DNA of 64,000 nt, taken from assembly GCF_006345805.1 (NCBI RefSeq), contig NC_043004.1, positions 11,842,001 through 11,906,000 on the forward strand, in the 5' to 3' direction. The notes under the pieces are model-generated. The model was not told the DNA's origin, ran no database searches, and was given only the letters and a program-made list of their open reading frames with translations. Positions 26,670 to 40,283 of the stretch are shown here, piece by piece; position 1 is the first letter of the stretch; each line of letters begins with the position of its first letter. The position numbers and the translations under genes were made by a program. Source of the stretch: Octopus sinensis. Its lineage: Eukaryota.

Positions 26670-27088
26670 AGACGTGTGGATATAAATATATGCACACGTG
26701 AGTGTGAGAGAGAACACGTCTTCGTATCACACGCGAATAAACGAACGTACGTATATTTATACACGTTACGTACGTATACTGTGTATGCACTATACTAATG
26801 ATATATCATTTATATATATTTTTTTTTTTTACTTGTTTCAGTCATGTAGACTGCGGCCATGCTGGGGCACCGCCTTGAAGCGTTTTCGTCGCATGAATTG
26901 ACCCCAATACTTTTTTTAAAGCCTCGTACATTTTACCGAACCGCTTGCCAAGACACTTGCCGAAGTTGCCACGCAGTGGAACTGAACGCGGAACCATGTG
27001 GTTGGGAAGCAAGCTTATTACCACACAGCCGTTCCTACGTCTATAGAAGATGATGATGATGATGATGATAGTGGTAAACAATATATTA

Positions 27089-27702
27089 GTTTCAAATTTT
27101 GGCACCAGGCCAGTAATTTGGGGGAAGGGGCCAAGTCGATTACATTGACCCCATTGCTCAACTGGGTACTTATTTTATCGACTCTGAAACAATGAAAAGC
27201 AAAGTCGATCCCAGCGGAATTTGAACTCGGTTCACGCAAATGAACGAATCACCGCTAAGCATTGCGCCTGGCGTGCTAACGTTTCTTCCAGCTCGCCACC
27301 TTAATAGTGGTAACAGTATTCTTTTCTACTCTAGGCAGAAGGCCCGACATTTGGGTGGAAAGGGTCAGTCGATTAGATTGACCCCCAGTATGCAACTGGT
27401 ACTTAATTTATTGACCTCGAAAGGATGAAAGGCAAAGTCGACCTCGGTGGAATTTGAACTCAGAAGGTAGCGGCAGACGAAATACCTATTTATTTACTAC
27501 CCACAAGGGGCTAAACACAGAGAGGACAAACAAGGACAGACAAACAGATTAAGTCGATTATATCGACCCCAGCATATAACTGGTACTTATTTAATCGACC
27601 CCGAAAGGATCTCGGTGGAATTTGAACTCAGAATGTAACGGCAGACGAAATACGGCTACGCATTTCGCCCGGCGTGCTAACGTTTCTGCCAGCTCGACAC
27701 CT
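27089..27702 (-). mobile_element. Array of three SINE family B units with three different tails
   Basis: Central domain repeated three times; junction aaata|ggtatttcg at about 27486 on the minus strand. Confidence 0.85.
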
Positions 27703-29239
27703 TAACAGTGGTAACAATATTGACCATTATATTATGACGACTCTGGAACAAATGTTTCTTTGTTCGTTCGATAGCCGGAACTCTCTTCCCCAGAGAATTA
27801 CATACAATCGGTGTATTCTTGATAGATACTTTATACTGAACATACAAGTGAAATTTGTACAGAATCATTGTAATGACCACTCTCAGTACTTCACAAGAGT
27901 CAAGCTTTTAAAATTTCTGTCCGTTCGTTACTCGTCATCAATTGGATAGGTATTCACATCGTATCCGTCAACTCAATTTTCACTATCAGTGTTTAGGGAC
28001 GACTCCTCTGGGATTATGGTGATAAGAGACGTGAGGAGGCTTCAGAATCCAGATTCTGTGAAAGTTGACAAGGATGTGTACCAAAAACAATGGTGATAAT
28101 TATGGTAAATCCATGAAAATTTGTTTTATTGCTGTCAATGTTTTGATTAATATGAGGAGTGGGGAATGTTGAGAATTCTGGTCATAACAACAACACTTCG
28201 TCAATAGCCGACGGAAATGATAAAGGAGTGAAGAAGTCATTCGGTATAGACTCCGGTACGTGAGTAGGAACACGATATAAACATCACACGGATCTTGTTT
28301 TTATTGTTGTTGTTATCTTAATTTAGCCCCAGGTCAGCTCTGAGAGAACGGAACTATGAAAACAGAACTATGAAAACAGCTACAAGAACACCTTTGCCGT
28401 CTTTGATATACCGAACCCTCTTTTAATCCACCTTAAATTACACTAATTTACAAGTATTTTATTTAATTATCTAAGTAAATTTAATATTTGTTTAATGAAA
28501 AGTGTGTTCACCAAGTTGATCTTCTCCTGGTTCGAAAAAATCCGTTATCCGCAAAGGGTTCGGAAAATCGATATTGTACTTGTATTGACGCTCTGATGAA
28601 CCCGTTCTTCAATACCTTTTATTTAGGTCTGTTACTTTTGACGAATCCTGTCATTACGCTCCTCTTTAAGATTGATATTACACTTTTCTAACACACACAC
28701 ACATCTTTTATCTTTATCTGTCACAGATCTCCGGCCATACTGGAGCATCGCCTTTTTAAAGATTTTTAGTCGACCAGATCAACCTTGGTAATTGTATTTA
28801 TTTTTAAGCCTAGACCTTGTCCTACCGTTTTTGTGTTTTTTTTGCTGAACCGTAAATTTACTCCAGCGTAAAACAACCAACACCGGTTATTGTTAACATC
28901 CACTCCACCAAAGTTTCTACCTAGGGGATTTGTTCTTTGTCGTAGCTTTAGAACCCAAGCTTTCTTTATGTGGCTTAGAACTGAAGATGAAGGGATAACA
29001 TCCTTGGACATTTTGCAAAAGTCTCCAAGCCTTATAGCGCTCAACGGTAAGATCTTAGTATCTATTACCAATTCGGTGGAGACGGCGATCTGGCAGAATG
29101 GTTACTGCACCGGGTAAAATGAATGCTTTTTGCATCATTTCGTTCGTCTTTACGTCCTGAGTTCAAATTCCGTTAAGTATTTCGTCCGGTGCGGTAACGA
29201 TTCTGTCGGCTCACCACCGCCTTTTATAAATCATAATAA

Positions 29240-30097
29240 TCCCTTCTGCTATGAGGAGCAAGACCTGTAATTTTGTGGGCGGAGGATAATCAATTACGCC
29301 GACCTCAATGCTTGACTAGTATTTTATTTATCGACCCCGAAAGTATTAAAGGCAAAGGCGATCTCGGCGGCATTTGAGCTCAGACGGGCGTAAGGACGGG
29401 TGAAATGCCGTGAAGCAGTTTGCCCGGAATGCTAATGATTCTACCAACTCGCCGCCTTAATTAATAATGGTTTCAAAATTTGGTCACGGACAACAATTTC
29501 GGGCATGGCGGGGCTAAGTGGATTTACGTCGACCCCAGTGCGCAACTGGTATTTAATTTATCGACCCTGAAACGATGAAAAGCAAAGGCGACTTCGGCGG
29601 AATTTGAATTCTGGGCGTGAAGATGGACGAAATACCGCTAAGTATTTTGCACGGCGTATTAATAATTCTGCCAGCTTGTTGCCTTTGTAATCTTTTCTAC
29701 TATAGGCATAAGGCCTGAAATTTGTGGGGAGAGGACTAGTCGATTACATCGACCCCAGTACGCAACTGGTACTTAATTTATCGACCTCGAAAGGATGAAA
29801 GGCAAAGTTGACCTTGGCGGAATTTGAACTCAGAAGCATTTCGCACGGCTTGCTAACGTTTCTTATTTCTTTATTACCCACAAGGGGCTAAACATAGAGG
29901 GGACAAACAAGGACAGACAAAAGGATTAAGTCTATTACATCGACCCCAGTGCGTAACTGGTACTTAATTTATCGACCTCGAAAGGACGAAAGGCAAAGTC
30001 GACTTCGGCGGAATTTGAACTCAGGACGTAACGGCAGACGAAATACGTCTACGCATTTCGTCCGGCGTGCTAACGTTTCTGCCAGCTCGCCGCCTTT
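29240..30097 (-). mobile_element. Array of four SINE family B units
   Basis: Central domain repeated four times with different tails and divergence. Confidence 0.85.
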
Positions 30098-30708
30098 CGC
30101 TGCCTTAATAATAATGATGACGACGACGACGATGATGATGATGATCATGATGATGATGGGAGGAAAGGAAAGAAGGGGACCTTGCAGTGATGTAGTCTTG
30201 GATACACTGTCTGGAAAACAAAAAACAAAAAAAAAAACGAACAGAAAACAGCCGGGCGGTGTTATATTCAGTGACCTGGAAACTTAACAACAAAAAACAA
30301 CCTTGTATCATTTATAATTTATACTCGACGTGCTGGAAATAACAGGTTTGCTAGATAAGTTCGAAACGGGGCGGAACAGCAACAACAACAACAACAACAA
30401 CAGCTACAAAAAACAGCTGATAAGTTATTGACTGAATATGAACTAACTCATACACACACAAACTCACACAAATTCACACATTTAATATGCTTCAACGCAC
30501 ATCGTTTGTAGCCGAGATGCCGTGTGTTGTAGATGGAGGGAGGATAAAAAAGAGAGAGTCTGGTTCTTCCCTTCGTATCATGTTTTAACTATAAAGCTGA
30601 ATGCCTTGTCGAAGCAGACAATAGAGTAAATATTTTTTTATTTTTAAATAAATACAAATTGTGGAATTTGTAAGGAGAGAACTAGTCAGTTATATTAGTG
30701 CGGACGAT

Positions 30709-30929
30709 GGCGGCGAGCTGGCAGACACGTTAGCGCGCCGGGCGAAATGCTTAGCGGTATTTCGTCTGTCGTTACGTTCTGAGTTCAAATTCCGCCGAGG
30801 TCAACTTTGCCTTTCATCCTTTCGGGGTCGATAAATAAAGTACCAGTTTCGCACTGGGAGCGATATAATTGACTCAATCCCTTCGTCTGTCCCCTCTATG
30901 TTTAGCTCCTTGTGGGCAGTAAAGAAAAA
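30709..30929 (+). mobile_element. SINE family B, full length, nested in an older opposite-strand copy
   Basis: 15-bp TSD TATATTAGTGCGGAC (30691-30705, 30930-30944). Confidence 0.93.
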
Positions 30930-31109
30930 TATATTAGTGCGGACACTTTATTATAAAGGACCCTGGAAGAATGAAAGGCAATGTTGATCTCAGGGGATTT
31001 GAAATCGAAACGTAAAGAGCGGGAAAAGATATCGCAGGGGGTTTTGTCCGACTTTTCTAACTATTCTGTTACCCAACCTAAAGGACACGATACAATAAAT
31101 TATTTCATA

Positions 31110-31310
31110 AGGTCTTGAAAAGTTTGTGGGGAAGGGGGATAGTAGATTACATCGACCCCCAGTATGTAACTTGAACTTATTTCATCGACCTCGAAAGGAT
31201 GAAAGGCAAAGTCGACCTCGGCGGAATTGGAACTCAGAACGTAGCGGCAAACGAAATATTGCTATGCATTTCACCAGACGTGCTAACGATTCTGCCAGCT
31301 CACCGCCATC

Positions 31311-31345
<35 letters not shown>

Positions 31346-31558
31346 TGATAATAATAATAAAAAATTTTAAAATTCGTATTTTAGCACAAAGCCAGCAATT
31401 TCGGGAGGGGGAAAGTAAGCCGACTGCAGGGCCCCCGACTTCTAAAGGGTGAAGGACAAAGTCAGCTTCCGCGGAATTTGAACTCGGAACGTAAAGACAG
31501 ACGAATGCCGCTAAACACTTTGTCCGTCGTGCTAACGATTCTGCCAGCTCGCCGCCTG
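31110..31558 (-). mobile_element. Two SINE family B copies separated by (AAT)n
   Basis: Head reverse complement ctgccagctcRccgcc occurs twice. Confidence 0.85.
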
Positions 31559-32199
31559 AGGACGGATATAATTCATGCCTTCACTGTCTAACTGAGGCAC
31601 CTGTATGATTGCCTGATGTGCTAGAAATAGCAACTAAATTCCACACTAACATCGTAAAAAATATTGGAACACATTGAATAATTTCAATATTAGATTTATT
31701 ATATCTGAACAAAATCTTTGGAAGGATCATAGTGGAGACCATTTTCTGCTATAGATTTGATTGACTAGCACTTACCTGAGAGTAATACTTGGTTGTTATT
31801 TCTAGCGACTTCAATGACCGCGTAGAAGCTTCCTCGTCTCATCAGGCCATGGTACACAGTTATGGGTACGGATATTTATCAATACAAATAAATTCAGATA
31901 TGAAAATGTATGTATGCAATAATGTTGTATACCTGTTTTATATGTATATTGTTTCTAGTATAGACACAAGACTATAAATTTGGTGCGAGGGGTAATCGAT
32001 TATATCGATCGCAGTACCTAACAGGTACTTAAGGATGGATCTAAGGTAAAGTTAGTCTCAGCGGGATTTGAAATGAGGATGTGAAGAACTGAAATAAATA
32101 GCACAGGCAATTTTTTCACCGACACACTAACGATTCGGCCAATCCACTTCCATTGAAAATATATAATGTAAAGGCGATGTGGTGGTAGGGACATGTTTC

Positions 32200-32420
32200 T
32201 ACGCGGAGGTCGGCTTGTTAAAAATAACAGCCAAATTTCCGTAAAATTACACCTTACTGTCTTGAAAAGTTACACGTTAAATAAAGCAGTGCTACATACG
32301 CAATGGCCGAATGAAGAGCGGGATGTTCATGATGGGAAGGTCTTTGACCATAGGTTCTATTGATCAGTGATGCATTATAGGCAAGCAGCAACATATACTG
32401 CCTTGACCTGGAAACGAACA
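32200..32420 (+). mobile_element. Old dispersed repeat (family G); other fragments near 19860, 28300, 30170, 31570, 54965, 63590
   Basis: Recurring motifs (g/a)aaatarcagccaaa and gatcatagg...tgacctgg..aaac. Confidence 0.55.
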
Positions 32421-33217
32421 CGCATTGCTGTGTAGTTTTCAAAATGTTAGGCTTTATTGATAAGTAATTAGAAATTCATTTAGATTTTCTTTTCGCTATA
32501 GGTGTAGTCGCTGGTGCATATTTCCACCTTCTACTCCCTATATACATATATATCTCATAATTTGTGACACCCCTGCCTACGTTCATCTTCAGTCACTGCT
32601 TTTTAATCCCTTCATTCATTTTTTCCCCTTTCTTTGGATATTTACTGGACCCTCCCGTTTAAGGATCTATATCCGAAATATTAGATTCTTTTCCTTATAT
32701 AGCAATCAAACGTACTGACAGCTCCAGTGTATCTCTTTGGTTTCAAGGGGTCATAAAGATTTGCAAATCCATGCTGCTCCCTCTCGATCACATGCTATTT
32801 ATCGCCATTTCTACATTTATCAACTGCTCAGATTGCGTTACGAAAATAACGACGGGTCAGAAGTTAATGTCGTTGCCTTTCTGCTGACTATTATCCCTCT
32901 GTTGGCTCATGCCCTGCTATCTAAGCCTTTATGTGTCTGTCTCGCATTATCATTATCTGATGTTTTGCCTTGCCATCGGTCTCGAAGACCAGCCAGGCAT
33001 TACTGTATACCGTGCCTCGGTCTATCGAAACTACATTCTTCCATACACCGACCAAGACATCTTGTTGGTATAAAGAAAAACTCACAAAAATATACTTGCC
33101 CTCTCACCAACAAATTACTCGGGCAAGGTGGTAGAACCCTCTGTAACACTCTACTGCCAGAATTCTTTCTCGTGATGGATTTGCCGATGTCCTAAATTTC
33201 CTTATTAAAAGTGATAC

Positions 33218-33439
33218 CTGCTGAGCTGCGTATGTTTTGTTGATGATGCAGTTGCTTGGTGGTGAGTCGCTGAAACTATTCTCAGTGCTTTCATTACTAA
33301 CAGGAATGTCGTTTCTTTTTTTTATATTTAGTTTCCATGTGTCTTGATGCAAACTATACATGTTCGCTTTTCGTTCGTTTTCGATGCTGTTGTCTAAGAT
33401 TTTGTTTGAGGTTGCGTTGCCTCTAACACTTGTCGACAT
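33218..33439 (-). CDS. Candidate 74-codon first exon (low confidence)
   Basis: Non-repetitive ATG ORF MSTSVRGNATSNKILDNS...TYAAQQ with a weak phase-0 donor CAG|GTATCA; no recognisable domain. Confidence 0.2.
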
Positions 33440-33496
33440 TCAGTCACGAAAGTAAGAAAGTCGGACAAAAATTACTTTCGAAGTGTTTTGGAAAGC

Positions 33497-33537
<41 letters not shown>

Positions 33538-33897
33538 TCTCTTTGTCTTCTAAACTAGATGAAAGAATTAAAATAAAATCTTTGTAATGTTCCTATGCAA
33601 TTCCGATACAGACACGTGCACTCGCTCAAAGAATATCATTCAATTTTTGAAGCCAACGAATTGTAATACAAATAGGACAAGAAACTCTACTACTGCTACT
33701 AACAACAAGGCGTGAAATTTTATGGATGGAGGACTTGTCGATTACATTGACTCGACTGATACTTATTTCATTGACCCCGAAAGACTAAAAAGTAAAACCG
33801 ACCTTGGCGGAATTTGAACTCAGAACGTAAAGACGCGAAATGCCTCTAACCATTTTGTACGGTAAGGTAACGATTCTGCCCGCAATAATAATAATAA

Positions 33898-33935
<38 letters not shown>

Positions 33936-34022
33936 ATTTTTATTTTTAGAACCAGGCCAGCAATTTTGTGGCAAGGCAGTAAGTCGATAACACCAACTCC
34001 AGTACTCAGCTGGTATTTTATT

Positions 34023-34433
34023 GCGGCGAGCTGGCAGACACGTTAGCACGCCGGGCGAAATGCTTAGCGGTATTTCGTCTGCCGTTACGTTGTGAGTTCA
34101 AATTCCGCCGAGGTCGACTTTGCCTTTCATCCTTTCGGGGTCGATAAATTAAGTACCAGTTAAGCACTGGGTCGATATAATCGACTTAATACCTATGTCT
34201 GTCCATGTTTGTCCCCTCTATGTTCAGCCCTTGTGGGTAATAAAGAAATAGGTATTTCGTCTGCGTTATGTTGTGAGTTCAAATTCCGCCGAGGTCGACT
34301 TTGCCTTTCACCCTTTCGGGGTCGATAAATTAAGTACCAGTTACGCACTGGGGTCGATGTAATCGGCTTAATACCTATGTCTGTCCTTGTTTGTCCCCTC
34401 TGTGTTTAGCCCCTTGTGGGTAATAAAGAAATA
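34023..34433 (+). mobile_element. SINE family B dimer nested in an older copy
   Basis: Internal junction aaagaaata|ggtatttcg at 34250/34251; 12-bp TSD GGTATTTTATTG (34012-34023, 34434-34445). Confidence 0.92.
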
Positions 34434-35184
34434 GGTATTTTATTGTATCGACTCCGAAAAGATGAAGATAATAATTGCTTTAGTACCACAAAAATGAACG
34501 GATGAAGAGATATCACGAGAATAAAACTGCAGAAATGGGAGAGAAAGCGAACGCACATACATACAGATAGATACAAAACAAACAAACAAACAAATCAAAC
34601 ACGAACGGGCCCTACAAGCAAGCAAACAAACAAACAATCATGAATAGATGTACTATTTATTAGCGACCCAACTACTTCATCACGCTACGTAAGACGACAT
34701 CATCATATTCGAAGCAGAATTGAAGCAGATAAAAAATATAGAACGTAAAACAAAGAGACGATATATATAAATATATATATATATATAATATTATATATAT
34801 ATATAAAATTGCCAGATAGGTAAAAAGATATCAAGCTACATTTGTTCATATTGATTGGAACATATTTATAAATAGGCAGGAAAGAAAAAAAAAAAAAGAA
34901 AACCTCGTAAATTTTCCCGGCGACCATTCGACGTGTGGAAATCAAAAGATAATGCTCATATATTGGACGAAACCCAAAATTGGGTCAGCGGAAATTTTTT
35001 TTTTTTTTTTGCAAGCCTTATTATTGTTCCTCCAGAATATAACAATGTATTTTACTATCTGCGAACCCCTTTCTTTTTCTCTGATCTGTTTCTATTATTA
35101 ATATTGTATATTGTTGGTGTTTTTTTTTTTTTACTCATGCTATTTTCATATACTAGCTGTGTTCATATTTACATGTACATTCAG

Positions 35185-35220
<36 letters not shown>

Positions 35221-35459
35221 TCACGCACAGATGTACACGGAGATAAGCAAATATGCATACATATTTGCATTCAGCTCCATTATTTATGAAATCTGTATTG
35301 TAAGTGACCTAAACACGTTCCTCTGAGAAGTTTAACCCCGGTACATGTATGTATGTATGTATGTATGTGTGTGAGAAGTGTATATGTATGTGTGTGTATA
35401 TATATATATAGAGAGAGAGAAAGAGTGGGGGGGTATATATATGCAAATATGCATGTTTA

Positions 35460-35715
35460 TATATGTGTGTATATATATGTATAAATGTACGCATATGTAT
35501 GTATATATGTATATATATGTATAAATGTACGCATATGTATGTATATATGTATATATATGTATAAATGCGCATATGTATGTATATATGTATATATATGTAT
35601 AAATGTGCGCATATGTATGTATATATGTATATCTATATATGTATAAATGTGCACTTATGTATGTATATATGTATATCTATATATGTATAAATGTACGCAT
35701 ATGTATGTATATATG
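35460..35715. repeat. About 38-40-bp minisatellite (atatatatgtataaatgtacgcatatgtatgtatatatgt)n
   Basis: About 6 tandem units. Confidence 0.85.
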
Positions 35716-36209
35716 TGTATATATATTTTTATATATGTATATGTAGTTATATATGCATTTGTGTGTGCACATATATATATGAATGTGTGTGTGTATATAA
35801 TATTATATATATATATATATATATACATATGCATGTATCTATATGTATGTATGCATGCATGCGTATATGTATATAATATGTTCAATGCCTTATATGCTCT
35901 GACCGCATTTACTTTTTGTACTTCTGTGCTCACGAAGATGAAACCCCTTGGGGTTGGATATCTTACAAACTGCATTACTATATAAGACGAAGGCTCTCGT
36001 GTTATATATGCTTCTCAAATGCTTGCTGATAAATCTGTGTAAAGATGAAACAAAATTTTGGTTCAGGAAATGCTTCTATTTTGTCCTCGGGGGAAGTATT
36101 TAGTCTCGACTTAGCTGGAACGCAACCTCTTCATTTGTAACACAATATACGTAATATATACAATATATGTTCTATGAATATTCGTATTCGTTGCCTATAT
36201 TTTGATATA

Positions 36210-36440
36210 GTGGAGGCACAATGGTCCAGTTGTTAGGGCAGCGGACTCTCGGTCGTAGGATCGCGGTTTCGATTCCCGGACCGGTCGTTGTGAGTGTTTA
36301 TTGAGCAAAAACATCTAAAGTTCCGCGAGGCTCCGGCAGTGGGTGGTGGCGAACCCTGCTCTACTCTTTCACCACAACTTGCTCTCTTTCTTCCTGTTTC
36401 TGTTGTACCTGTATTTCATAGGGCCAGCCTTGTCACCTTA
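36210..36440 (+). mobile_element. SINE family C 5' part (tRNA-Arg-like head, OR1-like)
   Basis: TGGTCCAGTTG A box, GGTTTCGATTCCC B box; matches 41778-42164. Confidence 0.85.
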
Positions 36441-36442
36441 AG

Positions 36443-36624
36443 GTGACCTGAATAATAATGATAATAATAATAATAATAACAACAACATCGAAAAATACCT
36501 TAGGAATGAGAACCCAGGTTCGGAATTTCCCCAATACACCTGATGAAGGCTGGAGGGTATATCAGCCGAAACGTTGTGTTAACAAGAAACAAGATGAGGA
36601 TAGATATCCGTCAAATGTAAATAT
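36443..36624 (+). mobile_element. Family D body (pLTR-like, hammerhead-bearing) joined behind a family C head
   Basis: Matches 51985-52150. Confidence 0.85.
36536..36579 (+). ncRNA. Minimal type I hammerhead ribozyme motif (Penelope type)
   Basis: acac CTGATGA a ggctgg-agggtata-tcagcc GAA ACGT T gtgt: intact core, 6-bp stem II, palindromic stem III, GUU site. Confidence 0.75.
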
Positions 36625-36840
36625 AGAACTGGTTGAAAAGTGCTGGTATTCGGTAAAAGAAAATACAGGAGGATCAGTTAATTATTATTTTCATTCAACA
36701 TATTCCCCTCTCAGATTCACACACTTATTGCAGAAGTCCTTCAGTTTTTCTAAACCCTTGTAAAAGAACTCGAAAAGTTGTGCCTCCAACATGGCCTTTC
36801 GTGCTACCCTTAAAGCTAGAAACATTTTAACATCTCCTCG
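36625..36840. mobile_element. mariner-derived MITE, copy 2
   Basis: Body matches 21903-22124; ends ...ctcctcg-TA. Confidence 0.75.
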
Positions 36841-36936
36841 TATTCATATTTTTTCATTTTTAGGCTTATTTCTATAGATTTCCTAGAGAATTTATAACAC
36901 TGCAAGTTTGGACGTTTCGGAAACAAATACATCTAT

Positions 36937-37200
36937 ACAAGGTTATTAAAAATTCAAATACTCTTGGGACATATTCGAACCTGTACACAGTTGACCAAAA
37001 GTTACCTGACAGTAAATCAAAACTATTTAATTCCAAGATTTATTTATGTTTAACAACGGAATGAATTTAATAAAAAGCATCTAAATACGAAACACCATGA
37101 ACATTGTTCAAAATGATGTCCTTCTTGGGCGACACATTTTTCCAATTGATTCAATACAGAATTACAGATTGTATTTATGGAATTACAAGCAAAACGCCCC
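36937..37200 (-). mobile_element. Tc1/mariner transposase C-terminal remnant and right end
   Basis: ICNSVLNQLEKCVAQEGHHFEQ matches the C-terminal C....G.HFE motif; TA-CAAGGT TIR-like end. Confidence 0.6.
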
Positions 37201-37379
37201 CCCCCCCCGTCCAATGGACGGTGCTGAGTTATCAAACATTTAAACCAAATTTTCTCAAAACGACTTGTCCGACCGTCCCATAGGCCTCCCCTTTGAGAAA
37301 CACTGATTTAACCTAAATTTGAGACACCAGCAAAAGAAGAAATAAAGATAGACTTTTTCTATTCCAAAGAAAAACGATT

Positions 37380-37560
37380 TCCCACGGCTTTATCGATCGC
37401 ATTCTCACCTGGAATCGATTTTTGCAATTTTTTCAAAACTTATACACGCCCTGATACCGTCGGTATCTACATATCAAATTTGAGCGCAATCGGATGGAGG
37501 ATGCCCGAGACTCGAGAAGACACACAGACAGACAGACAGAACGGATTTTATATAATAGAT
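37380..37560 (+). mobile_element. Helitron/HINE-like non-autonomous element end
   Basis: caaatttgagcgcaatcgg...(acag)n...ttttatataatagat layout; assigned from recalled similarity only. Confidence 0.45.
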
Positions 37561-39476
37561 GATTTACTGTCGGTTGACTTATGGCCCAACCCTGTCTAAA
37601 AGCCATTCACAGTATTTTGTCACGGAGATAATTTCTCGGTGTAGACACACCAAAAATACATCTATGTAAACCGGTTTTATACTTGGTAGCATATTTTGGT
37701 TGCAAAATAAAATACTGTGCCCTTGCCAGCAATTAATATGTACGTAACCAGTTGCCAAGAATCTGCTTATAAAGTGGTGTATCCAATTGTGTTACGCCAG
37801 TAAAACCTGGTGGGTATATAAGCGATGTGTTTGTGGACGGCTAATGGATTGGATGTGGTGTTGATTAAAGAGCAATAACTCTTGAAATGTTCACCCATCA
37901 CCTATTTTCTTCTCTCTTCAATCGCATTGTTTACGTAGACGTGTTCATTTACGAAACGTCGTAGCTCGTCTTTTTTAAAATTCTTAACGGTATTTCGTTC
38001 GTCCTTAAGCTCTGGTTTCATATTCCATCGAGGTCGTCTTTGCTTTTTCATCCTTTCGGGGTTGATAAAATAAAGTACCCATTTAGCACAATGAGGTCGA
38101 TTACATCGACCTATTCCCTCCGCTGAAAATGCTAGCCTTGTGCCAAAAATTGAAATCAGTAATATCAATTTTCAGTCAGCTCGCCGGTCAAAATGCTTCG
38201 TGGCAATGTCGCCCGTCTTTTATACCGAGTTCAATTTCACCAAGGTCGACTACTTTGCTTTTTATCATTTCAGGGTAGATGTAACCCACTTTACACGTCG
38301 CCTCCCCAAAATTACTGGTCTTCTACCAAAAATCCGAAACCAACATTAAATTCTATCATATATTTATTTGCATATTTTACCTCATGCTACATTAAATATA
38401 ATTTGTAGTTTACAAGATAACATGCGCCTTGCATCGCAAAGCTCAGAATAAACATACAAGCTATACGCTCGCACGTATACACACTCGTATAGTGCACGGT
38501 GTTATGTTACCTACAAGACATGAATATCGTTTTCGATATCTTCGCGTAGTTCGTAATAATTTCTGGTGATATAATGGTAACACGTTTTTGTGTCTGTTGA
38601 CACACCAACCCTTTGCTAGGCTGACGCTTTCTACGTACGTAACTATCAACGTGCATACATACAATGCCCTACCCTACGCTGGCTGATATGTCATGCCGCA
38701 AATCTGCCACATTTTTGCTCTTTAGGAGATGTGTGTGTATATATGTATGTATTTGTTGGAATTTAGTTCGTGTGTTACACATGATGTGTGTGTATTTATG
38801 TATTTGTATCAATGTACATACACACACACACACACACGTATATGTTTCTGTATGTATGTGTGTGCGTATATATATGTATACTCAAACACATATATGTGTG
38901 TATTATACATGTATGTATATATATTTAAATATATATATATATATATACCAAATGCATATACATACGCACACGCACTATCGTATATATATATGTATATATA
39001 TATATTATATATGTATATATATATATATTATAGATGTATATATATGTATGTAAATATATATACATATACAAACGTGTGTATATATGTGCGTGTGTGTATG
39101 TATATGCATTTAGTATGTGTGTATATATATATTATATATATATACACACATGTATAATACACATATGTGTATGTTTATATCCGTACATGTGTTTGAGTAT
39201 ACATATACATGTATACATACATACGTGTGTGTGTTAAACACACACATCCACACACGTGTTTGCTTTTTATGCATGCTATACACACAGCAGAAGCAGCCTA
39301 TTACTATCACAGACCATTTGAATCTGTTATAATTATCAAAATTACTGGAACCCAAATACACACTGAATATCGCTATATCCTACTCTTACTTAACGTTATC
39401 AACCGGTTATTATTATCGAAACGTATAAGTCCTAAAATCATCAATATATTTGTATCTGCGTGCGCGTGTGTGTGTG

Positions 39477-39522
<46 letters not shown>

Positions 39523-39743
39523 TAATATATATATATATATACATGTGTGTGTGTGTTTTTCGGTAAGTGCTTGCGCGTGCGTTGAGGTATGTGCACGCGC
39601 CTCGCGTGTAAATATATGTGTAAGTGCGTGCTCACGTGTTTCTTGCAGACTGCCTTTGTTGTTGTTGTCGTTGGTTTTTTTTCTTTTTTTTTTTTTTTTT
39701 TTTCTTATTTCGTGAATTCATTCTTGGACTATCGATCGCTCAC

Positions 39744-40095
39744 CATTAATCGATGAAATGATAGAATGCCTACAACGAGGCTAAGTCTCCGTCTGGCAAT
39801 GTTGATGGAATAATAGGGGACAGCGGGGGAAGAAGAAGGAGGCGGCGGTGGGAATGCCGTGGTGTATATATATTAATAAATAATAAACGAACGAAAGAAA
39901 AAAAAATAATAAAGTTTTGTCTGTCTGACAACCGTCCCACGCTTTTACGCACGCGTGCTGCCAACGTACGTACGTACGCATACACTAGCAGACATGTTTA
40001 ATGAGGGAATAGAAAGGAGGACGGCGGTTGGTGCGGCGGCGGTGGTGGTGGTGGTGGCGGCAGGGGAGGAGGGTTAGGTGGAGGTGGGGGTTCAG
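39744..40095 (-). promoter_or_regulatory. Candidate promoter and first exon ending ATG|GTGAGC
   Basis: CpG/GC-rich unique sequence; ATG at 39746-39744 directly followed by donor GTGAGC (39743-39738). Confidence 0.4.
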
Positions 40096-40283
40096 GAGGG
40101 AAAATGTCAAATGAAGGGGTTCCGTCTTCTGATTTTCTATTCCAAGCAAAAGGTTCTTAAAGTGAATGTGTATGAATATACATACGTGCAATATATTATA
40201 TACGAATGCACGCTCACAAAACCACACACACACGTACATACATACACACATATATGTATATGTTTGTGTATGCATTCATGTTA

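Noticed and set aside
28551-28605. GAAA...CTGATGA arrangement suggesting a type II hammerhead
   Set aside because: Stems I and III cannot be formed and the stem II candidate overlaps the core
27089-30097. Regularly recurring motifs resembling a CRISPR-like array
   Set aside because: Units are ~200-bp SINE B copies with homologous interiors and no unique spacers; eukaryotic context with no cas genes
32737-33195. 152-aa plus-strand ORF
   Set aside because: Non-ATG start, no recognisable domain or splice signals
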